DNA of 64,000 nucleotides from Candidatus Endomicrobiellum neotermitis (GCA_031282355.1 JAITDW010000003.1:27708-91707), one strand, 5' to 3'. Counted from the stretch's first letter, positions 12,159 through 23,070 are shown. Numbers and translations: made by a program. Notes: generated from the sequence alone by a model not told the origin.

Positions 12159-12689
12159 CTATTCATAAACTCCGTCTACACCATCTGTTTCCACACATTT
12201 GACTTTTATAAACCCTTTAGCATTATTGTGTCTCACACCAACGTAATCTGCTTTTATTGGAAGTTCATGAGATCCTCTATCAATTAAAACTGCAAGCTTA
12301 ATAGACTTAGGTCTACCAAAATCCATCAAAACATCTAAAGCTGCTCTTACAGTTCTACCTGTGTAAAGTACATCATCAACTAAAACTATACTTTTGTTAT
12401 TTATATCAAAAGGTATTATAGTGTCCTTTATAACAGGTATTTTTAAATCATTTAGATCATCTCTATACAGAGTAATATCAAGTGTTCCAAACGGAATTTG
12501 ATATTTATCACCAATGTCTGCTAGCCTTGTAATTTTAATAAGAATTTTTTTTGCTACGCATACACCATGGCTATGTATTCCTACAATTGCAATTTTTTGT
12601 ATATTTTTGTTGTCGATAATAATATCGTTGGCAATTCTACATATTGCATTTTGAAATGACTTTTCATTAAGTATAATAGTATTCGCCAC
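12159..12689 (-). CDS. pyrR: PyrR-family pyrimidine regulator / phosphoribosyltransferase (divergent)
   Basis: LDITLYRDD, LVDDVLYTGRT, GRP, DRG..ELPI; lies directly upstream of pyrB. Confidence 0.9.
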   Translation of the reverse strand: MANTIILNEKSFQNAICRIANDIIIDNKNIQKIAIVGIHSHGVCVAKKILIKITRLADIGDKYQIPFGTLDITLYRDDLNDLKIPVIKDTIIPFDINNKSIVLVDDVLYTGRTVRAALDVLMDFGRPKSIKLAVLIDRGSHELPIKADYVGVRHNNAKGFIKVKCVETDGVDGVYE

Positions 12690-12695
12690 AACACT

Positions 12696-13253
12696 CTATC
12701 CTTTTAAATCAATTTTCTTAGATTTTTTCAAGAGACACAAATATTTTTTTAAACCATATTCTTTCAATTTTAAGTCTTCTTTAATAATATCATCTGACAT
12801 TTTATCTTTAAAATTTCTAAGCTTTACTTTTAAGTTATCTGCTGTTACAGCTATAATTCGAGCGGCTAATATGGCGGCATTTGCAGCTCCAGCTTTTCCT
12901 ATTGCAACAGTAGCCACAGGTACACCTTTTGGCATTTGTACTATTGAAAATAAAGAATCAAAACTTGATAAACTTTTACTATAAACAGGAACACCTATAA
13001 CAGGAAGTATTGTCTCGGATGCGATAATCCCAGGAAGAGCAGCAGACATTCCAGCAACAGCTATAAAAACCTTTGCGTTTGAATTTTCTGCTAATTTAAT
13101 GCACTGCTTCAAATGATTATGGGTTCTATGTGCCGAAGCAATATTTAAACTGTAGGATAATTTAAATTTTTTTAAAACTTCAATAGTTTCAGTGACCGAC
13201 ACTAAATCAGAACTTGATCCTATAATAATTGCCACATCAATTTTATTATTCAC
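12696..13253 (-). CDS. purE: N5-CAIR mutase
   Basis: GSSSD, SAHRT, AGMSAALPG, SIVQMPKGVPVATV. Confidence 0.96.
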   Translation of the reverse strand: MNNKIDVAIIIGSSSDLVSVTETIEVLKKFKLSYSLNIASAHRTHNHLKQCIKLAENSNAKVFIAVAGMSAALPGIIASETILPVIGVPVYSKSLSSFDSLFSIVQMPKGVPVATVAIGKAGAANAAILAARIIAVTADNLKVKLRNFKDKMSDDIIKEDLKLKEYGLKKYLCLLKKSKKIDLKG

Positions 13254-14559
13254 TTGGTATCCCTTCGCTTTCTTTTTTCAAAAACTTTAATAAGTTTCTT
13301 CCTATATCTTTTCTATAGTGCATGTTCTTAAAACTCACTAATTTAGCACTAGAATATACTTTATCTACAGCACTTTTTATATCTTCAGATACCGAAGTAA
13401 TTCCTAAAACTCTTCCCCCAGATGTAATAAATCTACCATTATAAAATTGAGTTCCTGCATGAAATACTGTTGTGAATTTGTCATTTATACTATTGAGCCC
13501 TTTAATTTCAACTTTTTTTTCAAAATATCCAGGATATCCTCCTGAAACAAGTACTAAACATATTGAAAATTTTTTTTTCCACTTAATTTTTATACTTGAA
13601 AGTTTTTTATCTAAAATTGCATTACAAATATCAACTAGATCTGTGTCAAGTAATGGTAGCAATGCTTGTGCTTCAGGATCACCAAAACGACAATTAAATT
13701 CTAAAACATGCGGAGACGAATTACATAAAATTATACCGACATATAAAACACCTTTATAGTCAAGTTTTTCAGATTTTATACCACTAATAAGTTTACGAAT
13801 TATATCTATTTCAATTTTTTTATTCAATTCCTTTGTTGCTAAAAAAGGAACAGGGACATACGCACCCATACCACCAGTATTGGGACCTTTATTTCCGTCA
13901 TTTAATCTCTTATGATCTTGAGAAGCGGGCATCATCGAATACGATACTCCATCAGTAAATATCAGATATGAAAGCTCAGGGCCATCTATATATTCCTCAA
14001 AAATTATATTCTTCCATAGATCTCCTGATGTTTTATAATTTTCTATAACATGTTTAAGTATATAAAATGCATCTTCACGATTGTTGCATATATAGACACC
14101 TTTTCCAGCTGCCAATCCATCAGCTTTAATTACAATTTTTTTATCTTTGTTTAAACTTTCCACAAATTTAATAGCATCAGTAATTTTTTCAAAACTATTA
14201 TACCGTGCTGTTGGTATGTTGTACTTTTGCATAAATTTTTTGGCATATATTTTACTCGACTCAAGTTTTGCTGCATATCTAGACGGTCCAATAACTTTTA
14301 AACCCCTAGATTCAAAATAATCAACTATTCCGTACGAAAGAGGCGTTTCAGGTCCAACAAATGTAAAATCTATATCATTTTCTTTTGCAAACGCTGCAAG
14401 TTTGTCAAAATCAGTAACTAAAATGTCTATATTTTGCGCAACGTTCAATGTACCACCATTACCAGGTGCACAATATATTCTCTCTATTTTAGGACTTTTC
14501 GAAAGTTGCAAACATATTGCATGTTCTCTCCCACCAGATCCTACAACTAATATTTTCAT
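13246..14559 (-). CDS. purD: phosphoribosylamine-glycine ligase
   Basis: MKILVVGSGGREHA (true start ATG 14559), KADGLAAGKGV, QDHKR, GPNTGGMG, EFNCRFGDPE. Confidence 0.96.
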   Translation of the reverse strand: MKILVVGSGGREHAICLQLSKSPKIERIYCAPGNGGTLNVAQNIDILVTDFDKLAAFAKENDIDFTFVGPETPLSYGIVDYFESRGLKVIGPSRYAAKLESSKIYAKKFMQKYNIPTARYNSFEKITDAIKFVESLNKDKKIVIKADGLAAGKGVYICNNREDAFYILKHVIENYKTSGDLWKNIIFEEYIDGPELSYLIFTDGVSYSMMPASQDHKRLNDGNKGPNTGGMGAYVPVPFLATKELNKKIEIDIIRKLISGIKSEKLDYKGVLYVGIILCNSSPHVLEFNCRFGDPEAQALLPLLDTDLVDICNAILDKKLSSIKIKWKKKFSICLVLVSGGYPGYFEKKVEIKGLNSINDKFTTVFHAGTQFYNGRFITSGGRVLGITSVSEDIKSAVDKVYSSAKLVSFKNMHYRKDIGRNLLKFLKKESEGIPSE

Positions 14560-14720
14560 TTTGATTCCTTTTTTTATTTTTACCAATATTAAAACATTTG
14601 CTACATACAAAAGTAAAAATGCAAAGACACGCTTCACGTATATACAATGGTGACACTTATACAAAATGAAAAACTAATACTAAAAATAAACTTATCATAT
14701 GTTAAAAGTTTCTATGCAAT

Positions 14721-15974
14721 TCAATTAGCATCCAATTCTCTTGACACATATTCCCTAATGACACCAATTCTTTTAAGAACAGGTGGATGTGAATATTTTA
14801 AAAATACTTTAAATTTGTGTGGATACAAATTTGATAAATTATTAACTGAAAGTTTTTTTAAAGCGCTTATCACAGCTTCTGGTTCCTTATGAGTAACTAC
14901 TGCATAAATATCAGCTTGATGTTCATATTTTCGCGAAAAATAATTTGATATTACAGAAAATACAAATGAAATTGGCGTGTACAAAAACATGCATAATACC
15001 ATACCCATATATATCGGCTGAGTTTGCATGAAAAAAATCGCATAAATCCATTTTTGATGTATAAAAAGTGAGAAAATCAGAAACATAACCGCGATTGAAA
15101 TAAACGAAAAAATAACATTTTTTATAATATGACCCAATCTAAAATGTCCCATTTCATGTGCTAAAATACTTGTTAATTCATCAACACTATGCATATGTAT
15201 TAGTGTGTCAAACAACACTATTCTACGAAATTTTCCGAATCCAGTAAGAAATGCGTTTGATTTAACTGATCGCTTCGAAGCATCCATTTTAAAAATACCA
15301 TTAATTTTAAAGTTCTCCTTTTTAGCGTACTTTTCAATGGAATTTTTAAGTTCTCCATCCTCTAGAGGAATATATTTGTTAAATAGTGGCATTATAACCA
15401 CAGGAGATATAAAGATGACAAATAATTCAAATACAGTAGTCGCTATGAAAGCATACAACCATGCATTTTTATAGTTAACAAAGAAGTACAATACTACAGA
15501 AAAAATAATACCGCCAATTATTGATGTGATAATCCATGATTTTAGTAGATCTGTAATAAAAGTTTTTACGCTCATTTTATTAAAACCAAACTTCTCCTCT
15601 ATCACAAATATACGATATACTGAAAAAGGTATTTTAAAAATTTCAGAAATAAAAAAAAGAATGCCTATAAAAACAATACCTGTAACTATATATCCAAATC
15701 CAAATGAAATAGCTATTGTGTTTATGTAACCAAAGCCACCTGAAATAATGAAAATAATTTCTGCTATCAAAAAAAGAGTAGAGTAAATCAAAAAAAATTT
15801 TGTATTGACTCTTAAATATTTTTGTGATCTTACATATTTTTCAATATCAAAATAACCATGAAACTCTTCTGGTATTCTCATCGAAACATTTTTGATATCA
15901 AGTAAATCCGCTATGCTTTCAAAAGCATACACTACAACAACAGAAAAAATTACAAAAAAAAGTGATACATTCAT
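14721..15974 (-). CDS. M48A (Ste24/CAAX-like) membrane zinc metallopeptidase
   Basis: multiple TM segments, NAFLTGFGKFRRIVLFDTL, HEMGH, E..AD, SHPP. Confidence 0.9.
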   Translation of the reverse strand: MNVSLFFVIFSVVVVYAFESIADLLDIKNVSMRIPEEFHGYFDIEKYVRSQKYLRVNTKFFLIYSTLFLIAEIIFIISGGFGYINTIAISFGFGYIVTGIVFIGILFFISEIFKIPFSVYRIFVIEEKFGFNKMSVKTFITDLLKSWIITSIIGGIIFSVVLYFFVNYKNAWLYAFIATTVFELFVIFISPVVIMPLFNKYIPLEDGELKNSIEKYAKKENFKINGIFKMDASKRSVKSNAFLTGFGKFRRIVLFDTLIHMHSVDELTSILAHEMGHFRLGHIIKNVIFSFISIAVMFLIFSLFIHQKWIYAIFFMQTQPIYMGMVLCMFLYTPISFVFSVISNYFSRKYEHQADIYAVVTHKEPEAVISALKKLSVNNLSNLYPHKFKVFLKYSHPPVLKRIGVIREYVSRELDAN

Positions 15975-16021
15975 ATCTTTGTTACCTTCCAGTTATCTAA
16001 AGATGCATTAATGTTCGCGGA

Positions 16022-16050
16022 ATTGTACTATATTTTTTTCTACACTACAA
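16022..16050 (-). promoter_or_regulatory. possible sigma70 promoter of the M48 peptidase gene
   Basis: minus strand reads TTGTAG-17 bp-TACAAT followed by TCCGCG. Confidence 0.4.
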
Positions 16051-16120
16051 CCTTATCTCTATCTTCTTATTATGTTATAATTAATATTAGCTTGATGTAA
16101 TATTAGTTTATAAGAACATA

Positions 16121-16768
16121 GTGACAATGGATAGAACAAGATATTTCATTACAATTGAGGGTGGAGATGGTTCTGGAAAAACAACTCAATCCTTACTTTT
16201 AAAAGAATACCTCAAAATAAAGGGTTATAGAGTGTTAGTTACTAGAGAGCCTGGAGGTACTGATTTAGCTGAAAACATAAGGAACATTCTTCTAAATCCA
16301 ACATCAAAACTTGTGCCACTTGCTGAACTTTTCCTTTATGAAGCTGCTAGGGTTCAACATGTGAAAGAGATTATTTTACCAGCTTTAAAATCTGGTAAAA
16401 TTGTCATATGTGATAGATTCACAGATGCCACAATCGCTTACCAAGGATATGGAAGGAGTCTGAGTTTAAGTTTTATAAATAAGCTTAATTTAGAAGCATC
16501 GTTTGGGTTAGTTCCTAATTTGACTATATATTTAGACATAGTTCCCCTTAAGGGGTTAAATAAAGCAAAAACTATTTGTGAAAAACAGTATCACTGGAAA
16601 GATGGTGATAGATTTGAAAAAGAATCGGTACAATTTCATAAAAGGGTAAGAAGGGGATACTTAAATCAAGCAAAAAAATATTCTACAAGAATAAAAATTA
16701 TTAAAACGCAGAATGATCTTGAAAAAACACAAAAGTTAATAAGAAAAGTTGTAGACATGGAGTTATGA
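16121..16768 (+). CDS. tmk: thymidylate kinase
   Basis: FITIEGGDGSGKTTQ, REPGGT, CDRF...AYQG. Confidence 0.96.
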   Translation: MTMDRTRYFITIEGGDGSGKTTQSLLLKEYLKIKGYRVLVTREPGGTDLAENIRNILLNPTSKLVPLAELFLYEAARVQHVKEIILPALKSGKIVICDRFTDATIAYQGYGRSLSLSFINKLNLEASFGLVPNLTIYLDIVPLKGLNKAKTICEKQYHWKDGDRFEKESVQFHKRVRRGYLNQAKKYSTRIKIIKTQNDLEKTQKLIRKVVDMEL

Positions 16769-17733
16769 TGTTTGAAGACATTTTGGGACAACAAAAAGTT
16801 AAAGAAATAATTTCAAACCAAATAAAAAACAATAAAATTTCCCATGCATATATATTTATGGGCCAAGATGGTATTGGAAAACGACTTATAGCTATTGAGT
16901 TTGCAAAGATTCTAAATTGTGATAATATAAATGAGTTAGGAATTGTAAATAAGAAGCCGTGTAAAAAATGTATATCTTGTAAAGAAATAGCAAAAGATAT
17001 TCATCCAAATTTACATTTTATAGATTTTGCTAAACAATCTGAACTTGAGCAAAATGATTTAGCAAAGCAAAAAAATTTAAAAATTGAAACTATTAGATAT
17101 ATGCAAAAAAAAGTTGCTACAAAAATAGAAACTAAAAAATGGAAAATTTTTATAATAGATCCAGCTGAAAAAATGAATATATCAGCAGCAAATTCTTTAC
17201 TTAAAACACTTGAAGAACCACCTAAAAACACCGTTACAATACTAATATCGAAACATAAAGAAACAATTCCTCAAACAATAGTTTCACGAACACAAGTATT
17301 ATTTTTTCAGCCATTAAGCGATAATGAAATTTTAAGCTTGCTTACTTCAAAAAACTATTTCTCATCAACGTGTAGTGCAGAAATTGAAAAAATAATAAAA
17401 CTAAGTGAAGGATCTATAGGTAATGCAATAAAGTTAATTAATGAAAACAAAAAAGATAATTTATGCTTGTGGCACAAATTTAAGAGTAAAAGTTTTTATA
17501 TTTCAGATATTTTAGAGCTATCAAAAAGCATTTCGAAAAATGATGCTATTAAATCTATCGCTTTAATGACAGTTGAAATGAAACAAGAATTTAGAATATA
17601 TCCTGGAAATACAGTTTTTAAAATGCTTGAATTACTAAACACTTCACGATCTTTGCTACTTAAAAATATAAACGTACGAATAGTACTAGACAATTTGTTT
17701 TTTGATTTATTAGCTTTAAAAAAAGACACTTAA
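16765..17733 (+). CDS. holB: DNA polymerase III delta-prime subunit
   Basis: HAYIF.G..GIGK, zinc-binding Cys cluster, AANSLLKTLEEPP, TIVSR; follows tmk. Confidence 0.9.
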   Translation: MMFEDILGQQKVKEIISNQIKNNKISHAYIFMGQDGIGKRLIAIEFAKILNCDNINELGIVNKKPCKKCISCKEIAKDIHPNLHFIDFAKQSELEQNDLAKQKNLKIETIRYMQKKVATKIETKKWKIFIIDPAEKMNISAANSLLKTLEEPPKNTVTILISKHKETIPQTIVSRTQVLFFQPLSDNEILSLLTSKNYFSSTCSAEIEKIIKLSEGSIGNAIKLINENKKDNLCLWHKFKSKSFYISDILELSKSISKNDAIKSIALMTVEMKQEFRIYPGNTVFKMLELLNTSRSLLLKNINVRIVLDNLFFDLLALKKDT

Positions 17734-17771
17734 AATGACACAAGATTTAAATATGGAGAAAAAATATTATC

Positions 17772-18608
17772 ATGTCCACGCTTATAAAAATTATGCTCAG
17801 AAAGATCAAGGAAAAAATATATGCTAGCTGTGCTACTGATGCTGAGTATTTTAATCTACAACTTCGTGATGAGGTTATACTTGAAACAGAACACGGTATT
17901 GAAGTCGGGGTTGTATATGAAAAACTTGGAAACGCAAAAAAATACAAAATTCCTTTACATAAAATTTTAAGAAAAGTAACCATAGAAGATAAAAAACGAA
18001 TTATTGAAAATGATGAGAAGAATTCTAAAGTATGGGATATTGTAATACGAAAAATAAAAGTACATAATTTAAATATGAAATTGACATGTGTTCAATATAC
18101 ATTTGATCGTTCTAAGCTATTTATATACTATACATCAGAAATAAGGATCGATTTTAGGGAATTTGTAAAGGACTTAGGACGTGTTTTAAAAACAAGAATA
18201 CAAATGGTTCAAATAGGGGTAAGAGACGAAGCTAAAATACTTGGTGGTATAGGAATATGTGGACAAGTTTTATGCTGTCAGAATTTTTTAGAAGATTTCA
18301 ATTCTGTGACTATGGATATGGCTAAAGAACAGGATTTGTCTCTAAACACAACGAAACTTTCAGGACTTTGTGGTAGACTTATGTGTTGTATATACTATGA
18401 AAATGAAACATACAAAAGTACTAAGGAAGGATTACCCAAACTTGGGACTGTTATTATGACACCTGAAGGGAAAGCAAGGCTTGTTGCTATAGATTGCATA
18501 AAAAACATAGTCACAGTAGATTTTAGTACTGAAGAGTTTAAAATGTTTACAATAAAGCAAATAACAAAATACATGAACACAATTAACATAAATGATGATG
18601 GCAATTAA
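17772..18608 (+). CDS. PSP1/RicT (YaaT)-family protein
   Basis: IDFREFVKDL, RIQMVQIGVRDEAK, GICGQVLCC, SGLCGRLMCC. Confidence 0.9.
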   Translation: MSTLIKIMLRKIKEKIYASCATDAEYFNLQLRDEVILETEHGIEVGVVYEKLGNAKKYKIPLHKILRKVTIEDKKRIIENDEKNSKVWDIVIRKIKVHNLNMKLTCVQYTFDRSKLFIYYTSEIRIDFREFVKDLGRVLKTRIQMVQIGVRDEAKILGGIGICGQVLCCQNFLEDFNSVTMDMAKEQDLSLNTTKLSGLCGRLMCCIYYENETYKSTKEGLPKLGTVIMTPEGKARLVAIDCIKNIVTVDFSTEEFKMFTIKQITKYMNTININDDGN

Positions 18609-20159
18609 ATGAAAATAAAATTTTATATTACTACCCCAATTTATTATGTAAATGATGTTGCACATATAGGCCATTCCTATACTACAATAACAGCAGATAT
18701 TATAGCAAGATGGAAGAGACTAAACAATTTTGATGTATTTTTTGTTACAGGTACAGATGAACATGGGGAAAAAATTGTATCAGCTGCCAAGAAAAAAGGA
18801 CAAACACCGTTAGCTCTTTGTGATGAAATGAGTGAAAAATTTAAAAAAATATGGAATTTATTAAACATTTCATATACAAATTTTATACGTACGACAGAGA
18901 AAAGACACTTTATTGCCGTTGAGAAAATAGTTCAAACTCTATTTGATAAAGGATTTATATTTAAAAAAAAATACGAAGGGCTTTATTGTACAGGATGTGA
19001 AAGATTTTATTCCAAAAAAGATTTAGATAAAACAGGGTGTTGCTTTTTTCACAAAACAAAACCATTACTACAATTTGAGGAAAATTATTTTTTCAAATTA
19101 TCAGCTTTTCAGAATTTAATTTTAGACAGAATAACTGATCCATATCATAAGGAGCATATAGAAATACTACCAAAAGAAAGAAAAAATGAAATTATAGGTA
19201 AACTGAAAATCGGTCTTGAAGATATAAGCCTATCACGAAGTATTGTTAAATGGGGAATACCACTTCCATTTGATAAAGAACAAACTGCATATGTTTGGAT
19301 AGATGCTTTAATAAACTATGTGACTGGATTAGGATATCCTGAAGACATAAATAAATTTCAAAAATATTGGCCAGCAGATATACAATTAATGGCCAAGGAT
19401 ATTCTATGGTTTCATGCAGTAATTTGGCCAGCAATTTTGATTGGTGTAGAGCTTTCACCTCCTAAGCGAATATACGCTCACGGATTTTTTACTCTAAATG
19501 GAAACAAAATGTCAAAATCATTAAGTAATGTTATATCACCACAAGAATTAATTGATAAGTATGGTGTTGATGCCACAAGATATATAGTGAGTACTATTAT
19601 ACCTTTTGATTCAGATGGAGATATTTCATGGCATGAATTAACATTAAAATATAATGTAGATTTAGCAAATAATCTTGGGAATATGATTTCAAGAATAATC
19701 AAGATGGCTGCAAAATATTTTAATCTTAAAACTCCACATAAAATTAACAATTTAGATTTAGAATTAGTAAAAAAAATATCAAAGTTGCTTAAGGTAAGTT
19801 TTATAATAAATATGAACAACATACAGCTTCATAAAGCTGCTCAAAGTTTGCAAAATGCAATAACATTCATAAACAAGCAGATTGAATATGATACACCATG
19901 GAAAATAGCAAAGACAGATACTAGTAAACTCGCACATCATATTTTTTCTTATTTACAAGCTATAGATGTTATAGCTCTGTACTTACTTCCATTTATGCCA
20001 ATATCAGCAAAAAAAATATGGTGTGCTACAGGTGCAAACGGTAATATAGATGAAGTTGCAAAAAAATATTTTAAAGATTTTATAATTCCTCAAGATGGAT
20101 TTTCAATATCAGGATCACAACTACAAAATATGGAGAATCTTTTTTTACGTATTGTTTAA
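18609..20159 (+). CDS. metG: methionine--tRNA ligase (short form without C-terminal tRNA-binding domain)
   Basis: TTPIYYVN..HIGH, GTDEHG, YVWIDAL, KMSKS. Confidence 0.96.
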   Translation: MKIKFYITTPIYYVNDVAHIGHSYTTITADIIARWKRLNNFDVFFVTGTDEHGEKIVSAAKKKGQTPLALCDEMSEKFKKIWNLLNISYTNFIRTTEKRHFIAVEKIVQTLFDKGFIFKKKYEGLYCTGCERFYSKKDLDKTGCCFFHKTKPLLQFEENYFFKLSAFQNLILDRITDPYHKEHIEILPKERKNEIIGKLKIGLEDISLSRSIVKWGIPLPFDKEQTAYVWIDALINYVTGLGYPEDINKFQKYWPADIQLMAKDILWFHAVIWPAILIGVELSPPKRIYAHGFFTLNGNKMSKSLSNVISPQELIDKYGVDATRYIVSTIIPFDSDGDISWHELTLKYNVDLANNLGNMISRIIKMAAKYFNLKTPHKINNLDLELVKKISKLLKVSFIINMNNIQLHKAAQSLQNAITFINKQIEYDTPWKIAKTDTSKLAHHIFSYLQAIDVIALYLLPFMPISAKKIWCATGANGNIDEVAKKYFKDFIIPQDGFSISGSQLQNMENLFLRIV

Positions 20160-20259
20160 ATTTACAACACAAATTAATTTTGTACGTTACCATTTTTTTT
20201 ATTGTTTTTAGAATATAAATGTATTTGTAGTATTATTTTAATAAAAAGGTTATAAACAC

Positions 20260-21033
20260 GTGATTATAGATACACACGCTCATATATCAGATATAAAGTT
20301 CGATACAGATAGAAAAGACGTTATACAAAGAGCTCTTGATTCTGGCATCGTAAAAATTTTTGAAATAGCTTGTCAAACAAAGTATTGGGACAAAGCCTTA
20401 GAACTTATAGAACTGAGCAATATTTTTGCAGCTTTTGGTATTCATCCTAATGATACTTCAAAAGCTTCAACGAAAGATTATAAAAGGCTTGAGTTATTGA
20501 TTCAAAACAAAAAATGTGTGGCCGTAGGTGAAATAGGATTAGATTACCATTATAAATATTCTTTACAAAATATTAATATCCAAAAAGAATCATTTATAAA
20601 ACAACTTAAAATCGCATGTAAGTATAATAAACCCGTTATAATTCACTGTCGCGATGCTTATGACATAATGTTGAATTTTCTCAAAAAATATAAATGCATT
20701 CCAAAAGGAGTAATTCATTGCTTTTCTGGTACATTAGAGCAAGCACAAGCATTTACAAAAATGGGATTTTTGCTTGGAATTGACGGTCCGTTAACGTATA
20801 AAAACTCAAGTGATTTAAAACAAGTTGTTTCTAAAACCAGTATAAATGAATTATTAGTTGAAACTGATTGTCCATACCTTACCCCACAAAAATATAGGGG
20901 ACAGAGAAACGAGCCATCCTATATAATTGAAACTTTAAAAGAAATTGCACTAATAAAAGGTATATCTTTTGATGAAGCAGCTAATATAACTGTACTGAAT
21001 ACTTTGAAATTGTTCAATATAAAACTTTTATAA
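20260..21033 (+). CDS. tatD: TatD-family nuclease
   Basis: DTHAH, GIHP, GEIGLDY, IHCR, HCFSG, ETDCPYL. Confidence 0.94.
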   Translation: MIIDTHAHISDIKFDTDRKDVIQRALDSGIVKIFEIACQTKYWDKALELIELSNIFAAFGIHPNDTSKASTKDYKRLELLIQNKKCVAVGEIGLDYHYKYSLQNINIQKESFIKQLKIACKYNKPVIIHCRDAYDIMLNFLKKYKCIPKGVIHCFSGTLEQAQAFTKMGFLLGIDGPLTYKNSSDLKQVVSKTSINELLVETDCPYLTPQKYRGQRNEPSYIIETLKEIALIKGISFDEAANITVLNTLKLFNIKLL

Positions 21034-21126
21034 ATTACATTGCTCTCTTCATGTTTAATAAAGAAGATAAGCTTATAAAAGAAACTCATCTGTATGTACA
21101 AAAAATAAGGCAGCATCATATATTTA

Positions 21127-21212
21127 TACCGAGAACGGGAGTCGAACCCGTACGCTGCATAAGCAACTTGAGATTTTGAGTCTCACGTGTCTTCCAATTC
21201 CACCACCTCGGC
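21127..21212 (-). tRNA. tRNA-Leu(CAA)
   Basis: GCCGAGG/TCTCGGT acceptor stem, TGAGA-CT-CAA-AA-TCTCA anticodon arm, long variable arm, GGTTCGACTCC T-arm; CCA not encoded. Confidence 0.95.
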
Positions 21213-21364
21213 TTTCTCAATATTATGTTTGTAGATTTATTAATATTTTCTGGAGCATAAGAAATTATTTTGGGATTGTATAAAAAAATACAAATAAAAT
21301 CAAAGAACAAAGGAGACATTCTGATGGCTTAGAACAAAGTATAAAAAAGAGAATGAAATAAATA

Positions 21365-21892
21365 TTAGTGTGTTTTTAATTGCTTTAGTAAATTGACCCT
21401 TGATTTTAAAAAAAACTCTACTGCTGTTTCAGATAAATAATCAGGATAAGACCATGGAAGTTTTATGAAACTGTTTTTTTTGTATATTGTTGTAACTTCT
21501 CCATATATTCCATCGCTAAGATGGATACGGTGACAATAATTTTTAGTTGTAACAAGGATAACATTTGCAGGAGTTATATACCCAGGATCAATATTAATTT
21601 GTCTTCTATGATTTATAGAAAATTCATTTTCGAGAGAATTAGTAATTTTTTTTATTTTTACGATAGTAGAAGTAAAAATCAATTTTATAAATGAAACCCA
21701 TAAACGCCTCAATCCATTGCCCATTTCAGCGTTATAATAATTTGAAAAATTAAAAAAAATAGTGTCACTTATTGCAGCAATCTCACCAAACTCTTTCTCT
21801 AAAAGTGAAAAAGTTGCTTGTTTGACTCTTTCATTTGAGAAAATTATACCACAAAACAATTTTACTTTTTGTGGTGCTCTTATAACTCCCAT
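21365..21892 (-). CDS. DUF4416-family protein of unknown function
   Basis: YY..EMG..L.R, K..TN.LE, R.INIDPGY, K..HRI.L..GIY.E, WSYPDY pattern. Confidence 0.75.
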   Translation of the reverse strand: MGVIRAPQKVKLFCGIIFSNERVKQATFSLLEKEFGEIAAISDTIFFNFSNYYNAEMGNGLRRLWVSFIKLIFTSTIVKIKKITNSLENEFSINHRRQINIDPGYITPANVILVTTKNYCHRIHLSDGIYGEVTTIYKKNSFIKLPWSYPDYLSETAVEFFLKSRVNLLKQLKTH

Positions 21893-22252
21893 ATTTTTCT
21901 TCCTATGTATTTTTTAACATATACAGAGACTATTTTATAAATAACACAAATATTTCACTATAATGCTTGCAAATAATATTGAATAAACATGCTCCTACAT
22001 GAAGCAGATATTTTTATTTTCATTCATTTTATTTCTTCAACTGAATAAAATTATTTAATCTAACAGTAAATAAATGTCTTCTTTTACTGAAAATACATAG
22101 AATCAATTTATATGAACAGTCCTTTTTCATTATTTTATAATTTTTTTATATGTTTCATTTTTTATATTTTATGTGTCTCGCAAAAGTCGATTTTACAAAT
22201 TTTGAAAATATTTTTTATAATAATCTAATTTTTCACTATAGTTTTTCAGTTT

Positions 22253-23062
22253 TTATAAATATGTATTTTCTTCTTTAGGAAATTGTCCACTTTTCACTTC
22301 GTTTATGTAACTATTAACTGCAGTTTTTATTATTTCACCAACATTTGCATATTTTTTCACGAATTTAGGTGTAAAATCAGTAAATAATCCAAGCATATCA
22401 TCAATCACTAAAACTTGTCCATCACAATAAATACCAGCACCTATACCTATAGTAGGAATTTTCAAACGTTGAGTAATTTCTTTAGCCACCTGTTCTGGAA
22501 CTGCCTCCAAAACAATTAAAAACACACCAGCTTTTTCTAATGCTTCAGCATCAGAAATTATTTTGCTACGTGCTTTTGCAGTTTTACCCTGTACTTTAAA
22601 CCCACCAAATTTATTTATTGACTGTGGTGTAAGACCTAAGTGACCAACTACTGGGATTTTTGCATCTACAATTGCCTTAACACTCTTTATGACTTCAGTA
22701 CCACCCTCGATTTTTACAGCTTCTGCACCTCCTTCTTTTACAATTCGTGCCGCATTTCTAACAGCATCTTCCACAGTTATCTCATAAGACATAAATGGCA
22801 TATCTGTAACAAGAAGAGCTCCATTATTTCCTCTTTTTACAGCTTTTGTATGATATACCATATCGTCTATGGTAACTGGAAGTGTATTTTCATAACCAAG
22901 CTTTACATTGCCAAGTGAATCTCCTACGAGCAAAATATCAATATCTTGTGAAGAAATAAGTCTTGCAATAACATAGTCATAACACGTTAACATTGTTATT
23001 TTTTCACCAACTTGTTTTTTATCTAAAATAGTTAAAATCGTTTTTTTTATCATAAAATCCAC
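22253..23062 (-). CDS. panB: ketopantoate hydroxymethyltransferase
   Basis: [44 protein letters not shown]. Confidence 0.96.
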   Translation of the reverse strand: MDFMIKKTILTILDKKQVGEKITMLTCYDYVIARLISSQDIDILLVGDSLGNVKLGYENTLPVTIDDMVYHTKAVKRGNNGALLVTDMPFMSYEITVEDAVRNAARIVKEGGAEAVKIEGGTEVIKSVKAIVDAKIPVVGHLGLTPQSINKFGGFKVQGKTAKARSKIISDAEALEKAGVFLIVLEAVPEQVAKEITQRLKIPTIGIGAGIYCDGQVLVIDDMLGLFTDFTPKFVKKYANVGEIIKTAVNSYINEVKSGQFPKEENTYL

Positions 23063-23070
23063 TCCTTCTA

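Noticed and set aside
14560-14720. Purine or ZTP riboswitch in the purD leader
   Set aside because: Contains TGTATAA but lacks the TTTCTAC core of purine riboswitches and the conserved GC-rich ZTP motifs
21116-21319. 67-aa ORF, and likewise the 65-aa ORF at 61738-61935
   Set aside because: They overlap tRNA genes and are artefacts
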